From contig OZ024740.1 of NCBI GenBank assembly GCA_964016885.1, forward strand, positions 389,050,001 through 389,114,000: a DNA stretch of 64,000 nt. The letters run 5' to 3'. The notes beneath the pieces were generated by a model. That model was not told the origin of the DNA, did not search any database, and saw nothing but the letters and a program-made list of their open reading frames with translations. Positions 40,376 to 54,144 of this stretch are shown here, one piece after another. The position numbers and the translations under genes were made by a program. This DNA comes from Eledone cirrhosa (Eukaryota). The stretch's first letter is position 1, and the number at the start of each line of letters is the position of its first letter.

Positions 40376-40461
40376 CCTCTACCATGGTTTCGTCCGTGTT
40401 TTGAGTTTTCCAATAATTATGTAATAATTATATAAACTCGAGCGCCGGATTCTTCAGGAAG
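40376..40461 (-). ncRNA. Type I hammerhead ribozyme motif with extended stem II
   Basis: CTTC-CTGAAGA-atccg..gagttt ataattatt aca taattat aaactc..cggac-GAAAC CATG GT A-GAGG. The core is intact and stem III is palindromic. Confidence 0.75.
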
Positions 40462-40557
40462 CTCGCTCATATCTAGACATTAAATTTTCCAAAACGATCG
40501 CGCCAAGAATTCCTTTCAAAATGGCTAAAAATGTTATGATATATATATATATATATT

Positions 40558-40745
40558 ACGAAGGAGGTGTGGTAAGGAACCAGATGGACCATAACCCACC
40601 AGAATACTTGATACTAAGGGTAATAGAGTAGGTAATAGGAAAATAGTCAGGACCCCGACGGCAGAGCTCCGACCGTTTCGACAGTTCGGATCTAGCTGTC
40701 GAAACGGCCGAAGCTCAGCCGTCGGGATCCTGACTCTTTTCCTAT
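40558..40745 (-). mobile_element. Fold-back mini-element, family X
   Basis: Tail acgaaggaggtgtggtaaggaacc matches 7805 and 21412. Palindrome about 40634-40745, centred near 40690. Confidence 0.8.
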
Positions 40746-41689
40746 ATATATATATTGTCCTTAGTTACAGGTAATTACCAGTATATATATGTTACACTTT
40801 TTCTCACGACTGACCTCTTCCTCGCACTTCCACTCACTCACTCTCTGTTTCTCCCCTTCTCACTTCCTCCCGTTCGCTAGTAGTGGGGTTCCTTCTTTCT
40901 CACACCGCATTCACGGCGTACGGTCTGCTTCTCTGACCGCTCATGAAATTCACCCAGTTTATGCTGATCGGATAACTATCATGTGGCTTGCTGTTTTTCC
41001 AACCTTCGGTTTGCTTTTCCTTCTGTTGTTTACTTGTCTCACTCGCTTTACGCGTTTCACTTGTCCCAATAGCTTATTTTAGTTATTGCTCGCACCAACC
41101 TGAGGTATCTGATTTTTAATGCGATGAAATACCAATGATGGTTGGCAAATCACTGATGAGGGACTAATTTTATAATATGTAATCCATGTGCAACCATGCA
41201 GTATTCTTCTCCCCTTGTTTTTCATATATATATATATATAAACACACACTGGTATTTACCTGTAACTACGGACAAGATAAAGACAGAGGCACACACTAAT
41301 CAAACTCACAAAATAAACCAGACACACACATAGTACAAGCAACCAGCTAGTGACAAGTAAATAAACGTATGAATGAATAAATAAACACACACACACATTC
41401 CCGAATATAACGCATGTGCAACCCAAGTAAACAGCACACAGATCACAAAAACAAGATGGTGTAGGACAGAACAAAGGTGAGGCATGTTTGCATGTATATA
41501 TACATGCCAGAAATTAAAATTTTTATGGTATTTTCAGACTCTTTATTGTCAAAAATTAATGCTATTGATCTTATATAAATAATCTTAGTCATTATTCATT
41601 TCCTTTTAACACTATATTTTGTAATCTCAGAAGTCGATTTTGTAGTTGATTAGCAATAAAAATTTGTATTTAAAGAATATCAATTATAC

Positions 41690-41802
41690 GTGTGTGTGTG
41701 CGTGTGTGGTGTGTGTGTGTGTGTTTGTGTGTGAGTTTGTGAGTTTGTGTGTGTGTGAGTTTGCATGTGTGTGTGTGAGTTTCTGTGTTTGTGTGTGTGC
41801 GC

Positions 41803-41866
<64 letters not shown>

Positions 41867-42008
41867 ATGTGTGTGTGGTGTGTGTGTGTGTGTGTTTGTG
41901 TGTGAGTTTGTGAGTTTGTGTATGTGTGAGTTTGCATGTGTGTGTGTGTGTGTGAGTTTCTGTGTTTCTGTGTGTGTGTGTGAGAGAGAGAGAGTGTGTG
42001 TGTGTGTG
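41690..42008. repeat. Complex (GT)n microsatellite with an internal ~110 bp duplication
   Basis: gtttgtgtgtgagtttgtgagtttgtg..gagtttgcatgtg..gagtttctgtg occurs twice. Confidence 0.85.
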
Positions 42009-42624
42009 TCAGCTTGCGTGCGTGCTGAATGCTTAACTGTTGGTATTCTATCATTAGTACACATTAATATAGGTAGAAATATGTATGTTTTCATTACTAT
42101 ATGTATCTGTGCGTGTATGTGCATGTGTGTGTGCATGCGTGTGTGAGTGGAATTGTTTATGCCCATGTGTAAACTTGGTTTTCAAAACTGAGGACGAGCT
42201 ATGAAGCAGGCGTCATACCCTTTCTTAGATGTTAGGAGGCCAAAGAGAAAATCGTAAAAGGCAATGACGTTAATTTTTGCTCTTGACTGAGGTCATTCTT
42301 GTAGCATAATACGGGTTGAGGATGAGTCCTGGGGTGTTTAATATATGTGAAGAAACATCTGTATCAACAACCAAGTTATAATTATTCCCAGAGTCCACAA
42401 TGACATTTTGGAGTTGCGCTCCGTCGTGAATGCGGAATGAAACCAATGGCATGTTTGAGAGCTTTCATCCTAAGGAACTAGAAAAGCAGATAAGGATGAA
42501 TAAAGTAGTGACAAAATCTGATTCACCAACAACATGTCCTAGAAACTGTTCTTTCTAGAGCACTACCAGTTGCAGCTCCGACGATAGCGAAATAAGTCTA
42601 ATCATCCTCAGTGCTAGAAACCTA

Positions 42625-42770
42625 CTACCAGGGTTTCTTTACCCCAAGCGCTGGGCTGCCCAGCTGCAGGTGTGACCCTCGCGAGTTGGAATAGCTCTTC
42701 CAGCGCGTCTCCCTTGCCGCCCTCCGGGGAAACGCCTTCTCCATTTTGTCCGCCGGGGCTGTGGGGAGGC
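42625..42770 (+). mobile_element. CRE-clade LINE 3' tip
   Basis: Translates DPRELE*LFQRVSLAALRGNAFSILSAG. Confidence 0.75.
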
Positions 42771-43698
42771 CATCAATATGATTGACTGACTTGTCATTTT
42801 ATCAGTCAACCTGCTATCAGTTGATAGTCATCACTAAGTGAAATATTGATAATTCTTTCTCCCTATCTCTCCCTTCTTCGTACTTTTCCTGCATCTTTAT
42901 ACCCATTAGATGTCACATCCAACCCTCACCTCAATTTTACTTTGGAAAAGCATACCAGTTTTGCCATAATAAAGAGGACATGTATAATGAACACGGGTAG
43001 TAAACTGTTTGATCGAGGACAGAGAAAAGTATAGAAAGTGTCATAAGAAAAACTAACCCCAACAAAATTTGAGCAGACCGTGCGAAGAGAAACCCATATC
43101 ATTTTGGGAAATCACAAATTTGAGTGCTTCGTAAGGCCAATGTGGAACGGATGGACTTTTTAAAGTAGCTAAGAAAGAAGACTGAAGAGACAAATTGTGG
43201 ATTATGAAGAACATAGGTTTCATCTAAGTGAAACATACAAGCGATAAATAGTTAGTAAAAAAAATAATAATTCGTTAAACTACGAACAATTATACATTAA
43301 CTACTAGAGGGAGACTAACTCTTTCATACTCACTCCGACATATAAGTTGCTCACAGGCACCTTCGGAGCAAATAATTTTCATTACTCGGTTGTGAAGGAC
43401 AAAGAGGGTACAGAAACAGAAGGTACTCATGGTCATCAATCTATATATATTATATCTTATATTTGCCCCTCATCCCGTTTTTATATTAATTTGAATATTA
43501 ACACGCGTTTTTAACACGTTTTTGTATGTATAAATGATCACTAATGACATAAAAAATTAATAATACACACGCGTACATCTATAGACACACATACATATAG
43601 TCATGAAAATATGCATATTTCTACCTATATCAATGTCTACTAATGATAGAATACCAACAGTTAAGCATTCAACACACACGCAAACACACACACACACA

Positions 43699-44110
43699 TT
43701 AGCAGTATCGGTAGAGCGTCAGACACCATGCTTTGCAGCATAGAGTTATGACACTTTACGTTCTGAGTTCAAATCTCGCTGAGGTTAACTTTGCCTTTCA
43801 TCCTTACGGGGTCGATAAAATAAAGCACCAGTAATGCATTGGGGTAATTACTGGCCTTGTGCCAAAAGTAGAAACAATTATTATTATATAAGAGTGGTGG
43901 ATTGGCAGAATCGGTAGGGCGCCGGCCAACATGCTCTGTAGCATATTTACTGCCCTTTACGTTCTGAGTTCAAATCCCACCGAGGTTTGCTTTGCCTTTC
44001 ATCCTTACGGGGTCGATAAAACAAAGCACCAGTAATGCACTGGGTCGATTTAATCGACTATTCCCCTCCTCCACCCCAAATTGCTGGCCTTGTGCCTTTA
44101 GTAGAAATTA
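43699..44110 (+). mobile_element. Two tandem copies of SINE family A
   Basis: Copies at 43699-43881 and 43894-44110. Confidence 0.9.
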
Positions 44111-45149
44111 TTATTATCACCACCACCATCAATATCGTCATCGTCCTTTTTTATTACATGATGTTACTGTCTTCAGTATGTGCTATGTTGTTTCTATTAT
44201 ATTGAAAGTATTGTTATATGTATGTAGTGCATATGAAAGCTATTGTTTGTGTGCTGAGTTTATTTGTAATCCTGAGGTTTGGGTTATGTACTAGTCAATC
44301 TGTCAGTGTATGTGTGTAAACGTGTTTTATCATACCCCAGGCACATATTGTTATAGGAATAGTTTCTGTTTTCATCATCGACAGTCAGGTTATCTTTTTC
44401 CAGATCATTATATTTGAATAATTTATCCATTTCTTTATGAATGATACTGCTATCTGTTTGGAATGATACGTCGATTAGAAGAAATGTCTTTTCCTGATGC
44501 TATTTGATTACTATGTCAGGTCGATTATCCTTGATCTCTCTGTCTGTGTGTATTGACATATTGTTAGGTTAAGAATAGAAACAACAAATCTCATAAATCG
44601 ATTAAAAATGGATGCAAAGTAAAAAAATGGCCAGAGAATGTACGAGAATGTATGATAAATACATGTATTATAAAGACATAAATTGACACATTTCAAACCA
44701 CAGACATCTACTAGATGTACATTCCTGTGTATAAATTTACATCAAACTGCTTGCGGTTGTATTTATTGTTTAGCCCATAGTCGATACTGATTAAGCCGAA
44801 ATATGGTCAAAAATATTTCAACCGTGACCATTTCGTCATTTCAGAAGTATGTCCAGAATATCATTATCCCGTCTGCCCTTTTCTTATTTAACATGTTAAT
44901 ATATCAAGAATTCAATCTTGGAATCAATGCAAGTAATTAGAATACCATATAACAGATATAACATTTTCATTTTTATACCTGTATTGCTGTTGTTCTTGTA
45001 GTTTAACCCCATGTCAACCCTGACTATACATAAACAGACTCATTAACTGCTTAATGAACACAACCATAAGGATATAGTCCAAACGTGGAAGAGCCGAACT
45101 CCCACTGTCATCGCCTCCATCTCTCTGTATGGTGAGAAAATGAGGACCC

Positions 45150-45240
45150 ATGTGCTGGCCTCTCCACAGACCCGGTGGAGAGAATGGAGAAGGTGTTACC
45201 CCGGAGAATGGTGAGGTAGGATGTGGTTTCAGGAAAATTT
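45150..45240 (-). mobile_element. CRE-clade LINE 3' tip (decayed)
   Basis: Translates LTILRGNTFSILSTG, homologous to 42700-42760. Confidence 0.55.
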
Positions 45241-45380
45241 CGTGGCTATGTTTACAAATTGGTCAGGTATAGTCGTTAACGTCGAATTCTTCGGGGAAAT
45301 GATTTACAGTTCACTTACACCGACGTCGCGATAATTATCCCAGCAACTAAACTTTGTTGATTTGTTGTTGCTGTTGTTGT

Positions 45381-45422
<42 letters not shown>

Positions 45423-46571
45423 CGTCCACCATAACCGCAATTCTGTTTTGAGGCTAGTAGAGCATACCACAATCTACAGCATTCCAACCGTAAACATTCC
45501 ACAATTACAATAAAGGTTGAGTCTATCCTGCTAGGGTGGAATCTGAGGTATATTGGATGCTATTTTTAGCATGTCGAATGACCACCTAGAGATTCTCCTA
45601 TTGGTTTATTGGCTAACTGTTTCTAGAATGCTAAATCACACATTCAATACCGGTCGATGACTGCATTTAAAAACTGTTGTCTCAACTTAGCATGATGTTC
45701 CAATGATCTGGTATTGCTTCTGTCCGACCAATTTTTAATGTTTGTCGTCTCAACCCAATCTTTTAGTGTCAGTTTTCTCATACTATTTTTAGGACCTAAT
45801 TTCAACTTCTCTACACACACCTAACCGTTCAGGTTTGTGTGGACGACAAGTAGCTTAATGCAATCTTTAGTTTCCTCGCAGAACATTACTTGGCATAAGC
45901 CAAGAGTGACTTTAAACAAACGATTAGTGTTAGTTCTATTCTTTTTAGAACTAACTCTTTCCTTTTTTGTACAACCTTGGCTGAATTTTCATAACTTGAT
46001 ATTTCAGTATTAAACTGTAACAATGATACAAGACTAAAAGCTTGTAGAATAAATGCGCAGTTGCTTGATTCAAATCCAGGTCATCTACTGTTCTTATCTT
46101 AATCATCTTAAAAGACGTCGACCTATTCGTTTAGGTCCTAAACGAATACTAATTGTCATTTAACCCGGATTTCTAATACTTTATAGCTTAAATGCCCTGT
46201 AGTATATAACTAGCATTTACTCTATCGACTCCAAGTGAATAAACGTGGGAAATGAAAACAAGATCAAAAGTTACCTAATTTATTTCGAAGTCCCGAAGCT
46301 GTGTATGAAGCAGCTTGGATATTCCTATAATTTGGGATAGCCTTCGCTGTGAGATATCACAGCTCATCAAGAGACATTCTCAATCGAAGAAAAACATTTT
46401 CAAGTGACCGTTACTGGTGATAATTTCGAAGAAGAAAAATATGACGTGGGTGGTGGTCAGCAAGAAACGTAGCAAAAGATTGACAAGTAAACAGGATTAC
46501 TATAAAAAGCAGAAGACGTCACTTCAGTCTAATTTTTTTACTCGACTGTAAGGAATGTAGAACAAAATTAC

Positions 46572-46615
<44 letters not shown>

Positions 46616-46623
46616 GAGAGAGA

Positions 46624-46901
46624 GCTTCTACAGGACTAGAACTGTTTCATTCGTGAGAAATCAACAGGAAGCCGACTGTCCAAGCAATATGGTGGTATTT
46701 ATATCTTTTCTGGTGGTAGGAGAGGGTGGTTATTGGTTGATGGGTTTAAAGAAAAGGGAATTCTTTTAAAAGTATTGATGATTTTTCCCGAATAAAACAG
46801 GTCTAGCGCTGTAGAACCCTTTTCTATATTAAATATTTATATTCTGCTTTGTATTGAGTACTTTACTTACTGTGGTTACCCCCTATTGAACCCGGGATAA
46901 A

Positions 46902-46902
<1 letters not shown>
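46624..46902. mobile_element. Fold-back mini-element, family Y, with a mutated HHR (46624-46672, minus)
   Basis: Minus: GCTTC-CTGTTGA-tttc tcac gaat-GAAA CAG ttctagtc CTG TA-GAAGC. The plus arm restarts at aaacaggtctagcgctgtagaa and ends in the family Y tail before (TA)n. Confidence 0.75.
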
Positions 46903-46950
<48 letters not shown>

Positions 46951-46955
<5 letters not shown>

Positions 46956-49900
46956 GAAAATAAACCAAAGAAGCCTTCAATACATCAAAAGTCTTTATTA
47001 GCCAACAATGTTTCGTCCTATTAAGGACTCATCAGAGCAATTAAAGCTATAAGAAGCACTATCGGCCAATACAAGCCAAAAAACTCAGAAGAATATGGAG
47101 TGTACAAACATTAAAGCATAGGAAAATATCAAGTAAAAATTGCTAAGGAAGTGAATAACATTTTGAACCATATTACAAATATAGTCCAATGCAAAAACTA
47201 AAGCTAAACAAAGGTGGTAATATAGAGCGGGAATTATTGCACTATGTATAATATAATATAATATAATATAATTGATAATAATAATAATAATATTAAAAGG
47301 CCCAATATACATATATATATATATATACATATGTACACGCATATACATATATATCAATACACATTCCCATCAATCCAAGCACAAACTAACCCTTATTAAG
47401 AGTTTATATATAAATAAGAATAATAATAAGAAGAAGAATAAAAATAAAAATAAAAATAAAAATAAGGATAAAAATATAATACATATATTATTTACAGTAT
47501 AAAATGAAGAATAAATGAAGAATAAAAGATTAAAAGTAAACATATAATATATAATAAAACTATATAATTATATAATAGATAATCTCCGGTTAATTTGCAC
47601 AAACAATATAGATGTTACAATAACACTATAATAACAATATTAAAGTATGATGGCATATAACTTAACAAATCATATAGAGTTACAGACCAGGTGAGAAAAA
47701 ATATTGTACAGAACTAAATTATGTTGGAAAAATTATGTTGGAAAAATATGAAAACCATTGCAAGAAAAACAGATGGATGTCAAATTTCTATACAATTGGT
47801 GTAAATAAATATTATCCAAACATTACAAAAATTATGAAAATACAAACATATTACAGAATTTACAAAATTTAACATAGCATAATGGTACATTTAATAATCG
47901 GTAAATAATAAAGATCAGTAGTACGTTTACAAAGAGTGGAATGATATAAAACTTCAATATAAAATATTGAACATAGTATAATATACATAATTACGTGGAG
48001 AGACATTTGTGAATAAGTGAGTGAGAACCAGACAGAAAACTACGCACGGTAGTATAAATATATAAACAAAATCAACCGGAAATCGAAAAATAAAAATAAA
48101 AGTATTTACTTAGGTGTCACATGCAGTTAAGTAAAAAATTTAGGAAACAAATCCGGATAAATGACTAGAAAACCCCATTAAATTAATTAATATTGAAAGT
48201 ATCTAAAATACATAATAAGTCAATACAAAATTAGCTATGGTTTAAGTAATCGAAATCTCTAAATTTAAAGATATGACTATAAAAACATCTGGAAAAGAAT
48301 GAAATATTCAACTATCAGTTGAATAACGTTATCTACTAAACAGACTTTAAATAGAATTAGGGTAGGCCAATGGGGACAGAAAAAAGAAATATATGGAGGA
48401 TACGAAGGAGCATAAAATCATAATCAATATACTGTATAATACAATAGAAAGGAGCATAAAAGGGAATAGAATATAATTATAGTATATATGAAGGGGCGAA
48501 TGACAAGTGTGTGGGGGTGGGGGTAGTTATCCAAAGAAGAATCCAAATAAAATGAAATAAAATAAAAATAAAATAATATAAAATAAAATATATAATCAGA
48601 TATAAACTCTTAATGTGTTAATAGTGAAAATATAATATTTAAGAAGATAGATATGGTATGGTAGCCAAAAGACTATGAAAGCCAGAATGAAAAGCTGTTA
48701 AAAACCAATAATAATAATGATGATAATGATGGTGGTAAACAAAATGAACCTAAACTAAAAAGATAAGGGAATATAGCAGCTAATTGATACAATTTACACT
48801 ACTAGAACCTTTAGGTTTATAATAAAAGTAAGAATTTGAAATGGCGTGGGGGCAAGAAGAGAATATCTCAGACTTTCTATTAAGTAAGGTTTCCCTAGAG
48901 AAAATTATAGAGTGGGTCTCAAGGATACAGAGATTACAAAATCTAGTATGTGTTGAAAGGTTATTAGAGCGTGCTACTATACGCCAATTAAGGCTATATG
49001 GTATATTATCCCCCCTTAAGATCCCAGATATGGTGTGCTAGAGAAGTCGAATTCTTAAACTTACCATGTTTAAAATTAGAGATATGAGAATTAAACCTAG
49101 TCTTAAAAGTGTTAGATGTAGAGCCTATATATGTGCTATTAGAGGAATTGGTTTTAACTACACAAGCATAAACGATGTTCTTAGAGAGGCAGTTACCGTT
49201 CAAAGGGCAGTTAGCACTCACTCTACAGTTACACTTCCGGGTGCTATTGATCGACTGAAGTGGTGATGCATCACACGTAGGGTTACTATGAGATAAGGTC
49301 TGCTCAGGAGGTAAGGTATTTATGGATCTATTCAGATTAGTAGTACGTAGAGAGGAGTATCCATCCCTAATTTTTCCATTGTTAGTGCTAGCTAAATGAG
49401 AATTAATATTAGGGGTGGTAGAGAATGAAAGTTTAATCACATTTTTATTAAAAATACTATGATATTTATTAGTAGGAGGGAAATTTTTCTCTAAGATAGA
49501 AAAGAAAGACCTAGGGATGTTAGTTAATACTTCCTGATTATATGGCGGGTTAAAATAAGTATTTAGTCTCCTTCTATTGTTATCCTTACCAACTCTACCG
49601 TTATCTAATATCCCCTTATTAATATTTGGGTTACTACAAGGACTAGTTAAAACCACATTATTAGAATCAGCCGAAACTCCATTATGTCTCTTTCTGTTTC
49701 TACCATTAGTATATCTGCTGCTATCTGGAAACATAACAAAAGGATTAGGGCTAATAATAGGATCAGTAGAAACAACTCTATTGGAATTAGATTTAGCAAA
49801 AGCATTACCACTAAGTGAGCGCTCAGAGGGCTCGACTTGATTCCTAGAAGTATTAGATTCCCTATTACGAGTCCGGTGGCTTAATTTATGGATGGGTTCA

Positions 49901-50906
49901 GATACACCTATGTAATTTCTACGATTCCTATGCTTTCTACTCCCATTCATAGCCATATTATGGGATATTATGTTATTATTATTATAAGTAAGCGGAGATT
50001 TTCTAAGGTTACTATTATTATAATGTATTTTACCAGAGTAACCGGAATTAGCTAGGGCATTATTATAGTACTCTGCGTGTGCATTAAATGTTCCTACGTC
50101 CTTAGAGAGTGTGGAAATCCTATTAGATACACCATTAATTATAGAGCCTATCATAGATTGGGGTGGTTAGAATTGGGACTAACATAAGAGAGTATTTCAT
50201 TAGGCTTATGGAAGGGTTTAAAACTATTAGTGACCAAGTCCAAAGTCACATCTAAAAAGTTGACCGCTCTGTCGTTTCTATCTATCGTGATCGAAAGGTT
50301 ATAGCTTTTAAAAAACTTATAAAGCTTCTTCTTATTATGCTCGACGTTGTTGGTGCTAGAGTTAATCACAAACAATGCATCGTCACGATAAAGTCCGCCT
50401 TTAAGGTGCGGAAAGGTAACATATAGTTCATTTAGGAGGAATAGCCCAACAAGATCAGTTACCTGGGCCGAATCACTCGAACCCATTGTAACGTCGAAAT
50501 TGTTGGGCGTGTTTTTACGGGTCCAAAATGTATCCTCAAAATTAATGATAGTTCTACGGGCTGCTAATATAATATCTACCTGTGATCGTGTAAGGCTGGA
50601 CACTCTCATGGCCAACATTAAGGCTTTGTTAAGGAGGATGGGTGAAATCGATGTGTAGTAGGCATCAATATCGAACTGGATAAACCTACTAGATTCAAGT
50701 TTATCAATACCAGTGAACTAATCTATAACCTCCTTAGTGTTCCCCATAGGTTAAAATTAACCTTCTCCCTAACATCTGGTATAATAAGGTCAAGGATTTT
50801 CTTACTAATTATGGCTATATCGGACTTGGAAGGACAGATGAGTCTACATTGTTGGCTAATAAAGACTTTTGATGTATTGAAGGCTTCTTTGGTTTATTTT
50901 CATAAT
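46951..50906 (-). mobile_element. Penelope-like element (RT, long linker, GIY-YIG, ~1.8 kb 3' region) bounded by a 60 bp inverted pLTR end
   Basis: ORFs 50151-50618 (FDVTMGSSDSAQ, GGLYRDD, NFLD) and 49006-50154 (YFNPPY, CNCR..CPL..CL, YIGST). 46951-47010 is the exact reverse complement of 50847-50906. Confidence 0.95.
47001..47038 (-). ncRNA. Minimal type I hammerhead ribozyme in the pLTR
   Basis: gct-CTGATGA-GTCC ttaata GGAC-GAAAC att GT T-ggc, in the same orientation as the PLE ORF. Confidence 0.8.
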
Positions 50907-51003
50907 TCTTCGGCTCTGTTTAATTACATTGAGCTATACTTTTACTGTCATTTCTATAATACGAAGAGGGTGTGTAACTCCAACACACTCTAGTATTTTA
51001 ATT

Positions 51004-51109
<106 letters not shown>

Positions 51110-51420
51110 CAATGATATTAAATAAATGGAAATTATATTTATAAAACCATATTTGTTTTATTATATATATTTCAAGGGTACCAAAGCACATTGGTACGCT
51201 TTCCTCAGATAAAATACAAAGTTTGTTTTATAAATAGAGACATACCTATGAAAATCATACCTTATCGGTTGGATATTCTCTGGATAGTAGTAATATCATT
51301 GAATATTCTCTGGATAGTAATATCATTGAATATTTACTCAAGGAAACTGTTGAGTGCTCTAAATCAGTTATAAACATTTATATTTGTCGGACTTGCAACA
51401 AATTAAATACCCCTTCTACT

Positions 51421-51492
<72 letters not shown>

Positions 51493-51496
<4 letters not shown>

Positions 51497-53488
51497 AACA
51501 AGTATGACACCGACGGCAGAGCTCAAGCTGTTTCGACGGCTATTTCTGGACTAAATGAGAATTTTTAGCCTGGTAAATAAATAGCCGAACTTCTCAGGGG
51601 GTATTTCCTTATATGGGAAGATAGTAATTGTCAAAAGGATTAGTCAAAAATGTGTTGTAGAGACAGATGAATCTATCATGGCATTTGGTGGGAGGTAGGG
51701 GTGGCTGAACTTCCCGGTAGAACAAAGAGAGAGTGGGGGAAACCCAGTCAAGCGTTGAAAGTGAAATCTATACAGCAGATTCTAAGGATAGTGTATAAAA
51801 GGTCGAAAAAGTGTACTGGAGAAGAGGAAGGGGAGTTGAAAGAATAGGTAAATTGAAAGGGAGTAAAAAAAAACCATTATAAATAAGGAAATAAATATAT
51901 AAAAATAAGGAAATAAATATATAAAAACAATTTCTGGTTACTACTCCATTTCCACAATCACCAAATATCTCATTGGTATTGCTAAGCTCTAGAAAGATTT
52001 AATAGGTGGAGAATGGGAAAAATACTAAAAACGAGAAAGTAGTGAAAGAATTTTATAAAGCTGGCTTTACAGGGGCTCTAACACCACTGCTATAGATAGT
52101 TAATAATCAGCCAATGCTATCTTATAATGACAGGGCGAGGTAAGTCCTACGCAATCTGTGTTTGCATGCGGTTACCAGTTCGTCTTTCTTGTTTAGGAAT
52201 TGGTCCTTCGAAAACAGTATTTGTAATGTTTCCTCCGAGCATAAGTTACACGGACGGCGTCCTCCTCACCAATAACCTGGTTAAAAACATCTCCCTCCGC
52301 ATTTCTCGTTTGTCCGCTAATGAGCAGATATTCGACGAACATGCGCCTTACTTCAAGACCCGGCTCTATCAATACCGACATACTTTCCGAAATCCGGTCC
52401 GGCGTTATGCCACTACTCTTTCGGGCCACATCTGGGACCTCCAAGATAATAATATAACCTACAATCTCACTTGGAGCTTACTGTCCAGAGCTAACTCTTA
52501 CACCGGAGGACGCCGTCCGTGTAACTTATGCTCGGAGGAAACATTACAAATGCTGTTTTCGAAGGACCAACTCCTAAACAAGAAAGACGAACTGGTAACC
52601 GCATGCAAATACAGATTGCGTAAGACTTACCTCGCCCTCAAACCCCATAACGACCCGGGTGGGTAGACAAGGGCTGATACCCCCACCCACCCCCACCCCA
52701 TACACACACACACACACTGGCCGAATAAGTTAGGGGAAACCACAGCTTACATAGGTAGGTGTATCTCTTTTCTTTTCCTCTACGTCTTCTTCCCCCTATC
52801 TCATCCTATCACTTCCTTCCACCCCCTATTTTCTTCCTCGTCTGCTTTTCCCCTTTCGCTTACCCCGATGCAGCCCATCGGGCCTCTGTAGCATCAGTTC
52901 TCCCACCCCTGTAAATTTAAGATAGAATTGGCCGAATACGTTTTACTAACTACTTATAGCAGATGTGTTAGACCCCTTTAATTTTGTATCAGTTTTGTTA
53001 CTACTCCATTTCTACAATTTTTTTCTATTCTCAACTTATTAACCTGTAATTGTAAGATAGCATTGTGATTTTTTTTATTCATTTCTCACTATCTAATTTT
53101 ATATATTTTTTTATTTCTTTCTATTATCTTTTATTGTCTCCTACTCTCATTCGAATTACCTATTCTATAACCTCCCTCATCCATTTCATACACTATCCTT
53201 AGACTCTGCTGTATACATATCACTTTCAACGCTTGACCAACTCCACTCATTCCCCATTGTTCTACAGGCAAGTTCAGCCACCCCTACCTGCCACCAAATG
53301 CTATGATAGATATATTTGTGTTTACAACAAATATTTACCAATCTTCTTGACAACTACAATCTTCCCATATAAGGAAGTACCCCTTGACAAGTTCGGCTAT
53401 TTATTCACCAGGCTAAAAATTCTAATTCAGTCCAGAAATAGCCGTCGAAACGGCTTGAGCTCTGCTGTCGGTGTCATACTTTTTCCTA
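51493..53488 (+). mobile_element. Family X Penelope derivative with inverted 5' copy and internal deletion; degenerate HHRs at 51508-51601 (-) and 53380-53473 (+)
   Basis: Both ends stop at ttccta next to TA repeats. 52132-52266 is the reverse complement of the GIY-YIG tail at about 52505-52640. The ORF joins thumb directly to GIY-YIG (LSGHIWDL, CNLCSEE). Confidence 0.88.
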
Positions 53489-53513
53489 TATATATTTATA
53501 TATAGGCGTATAT

Positions 53514-53558
<45 letters not shown>

Positions 53559-53611
53559 GAAAAGAATGAAACGAAATTTCATTTCTCACTCTTAGTACGG
53601 CTGATGCCTAA

Positions 53612-54144
53612 ATATAAGTATGTATACGTACATACATATATGTGTACAGACGCACAGTAGTATGTATATATATATATATACATACATGCACACATATATA
53701 TATGTACGTATGGGTTTACCGAACATTTATTATAATGTTCGGTTTGTTTGTAAACAAACAGCCCGAATTACGCCGTACAGTGCTCGGCAACCATCGTCGC
53801 CCTGACACAGGAACGATGTATTAGTTTCAAGCTTATTAACTATCGTCAGCATCGTATACCTTTCTGTCAGATGATTGAACGTCTGAAAGTATATACTTTC
53901 CTTATGCATATTAACGGCTGAGCAGACTAATTTGCATATCGAGTGAGTTAGTCGGCCGGGTATACCGAAAAATATGGTTGCCGAGCACTGTACGGCGTAA
54001 TTCGGGCTGTTTGTTTACAAACAAACCGAACATTATAATAAATGTTCGGTAAACCCATACGTACATATATATATGTGTGCATGTATGTATATATATACAT
54101 ACTACTGTACGTCTGTATACATATATGTATGTACGTATACATAC

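Noticed and set aside
42270-42452. 60 aa non-repetitive ORF
   Set aside because: No recognisable motif or convincing splice context.
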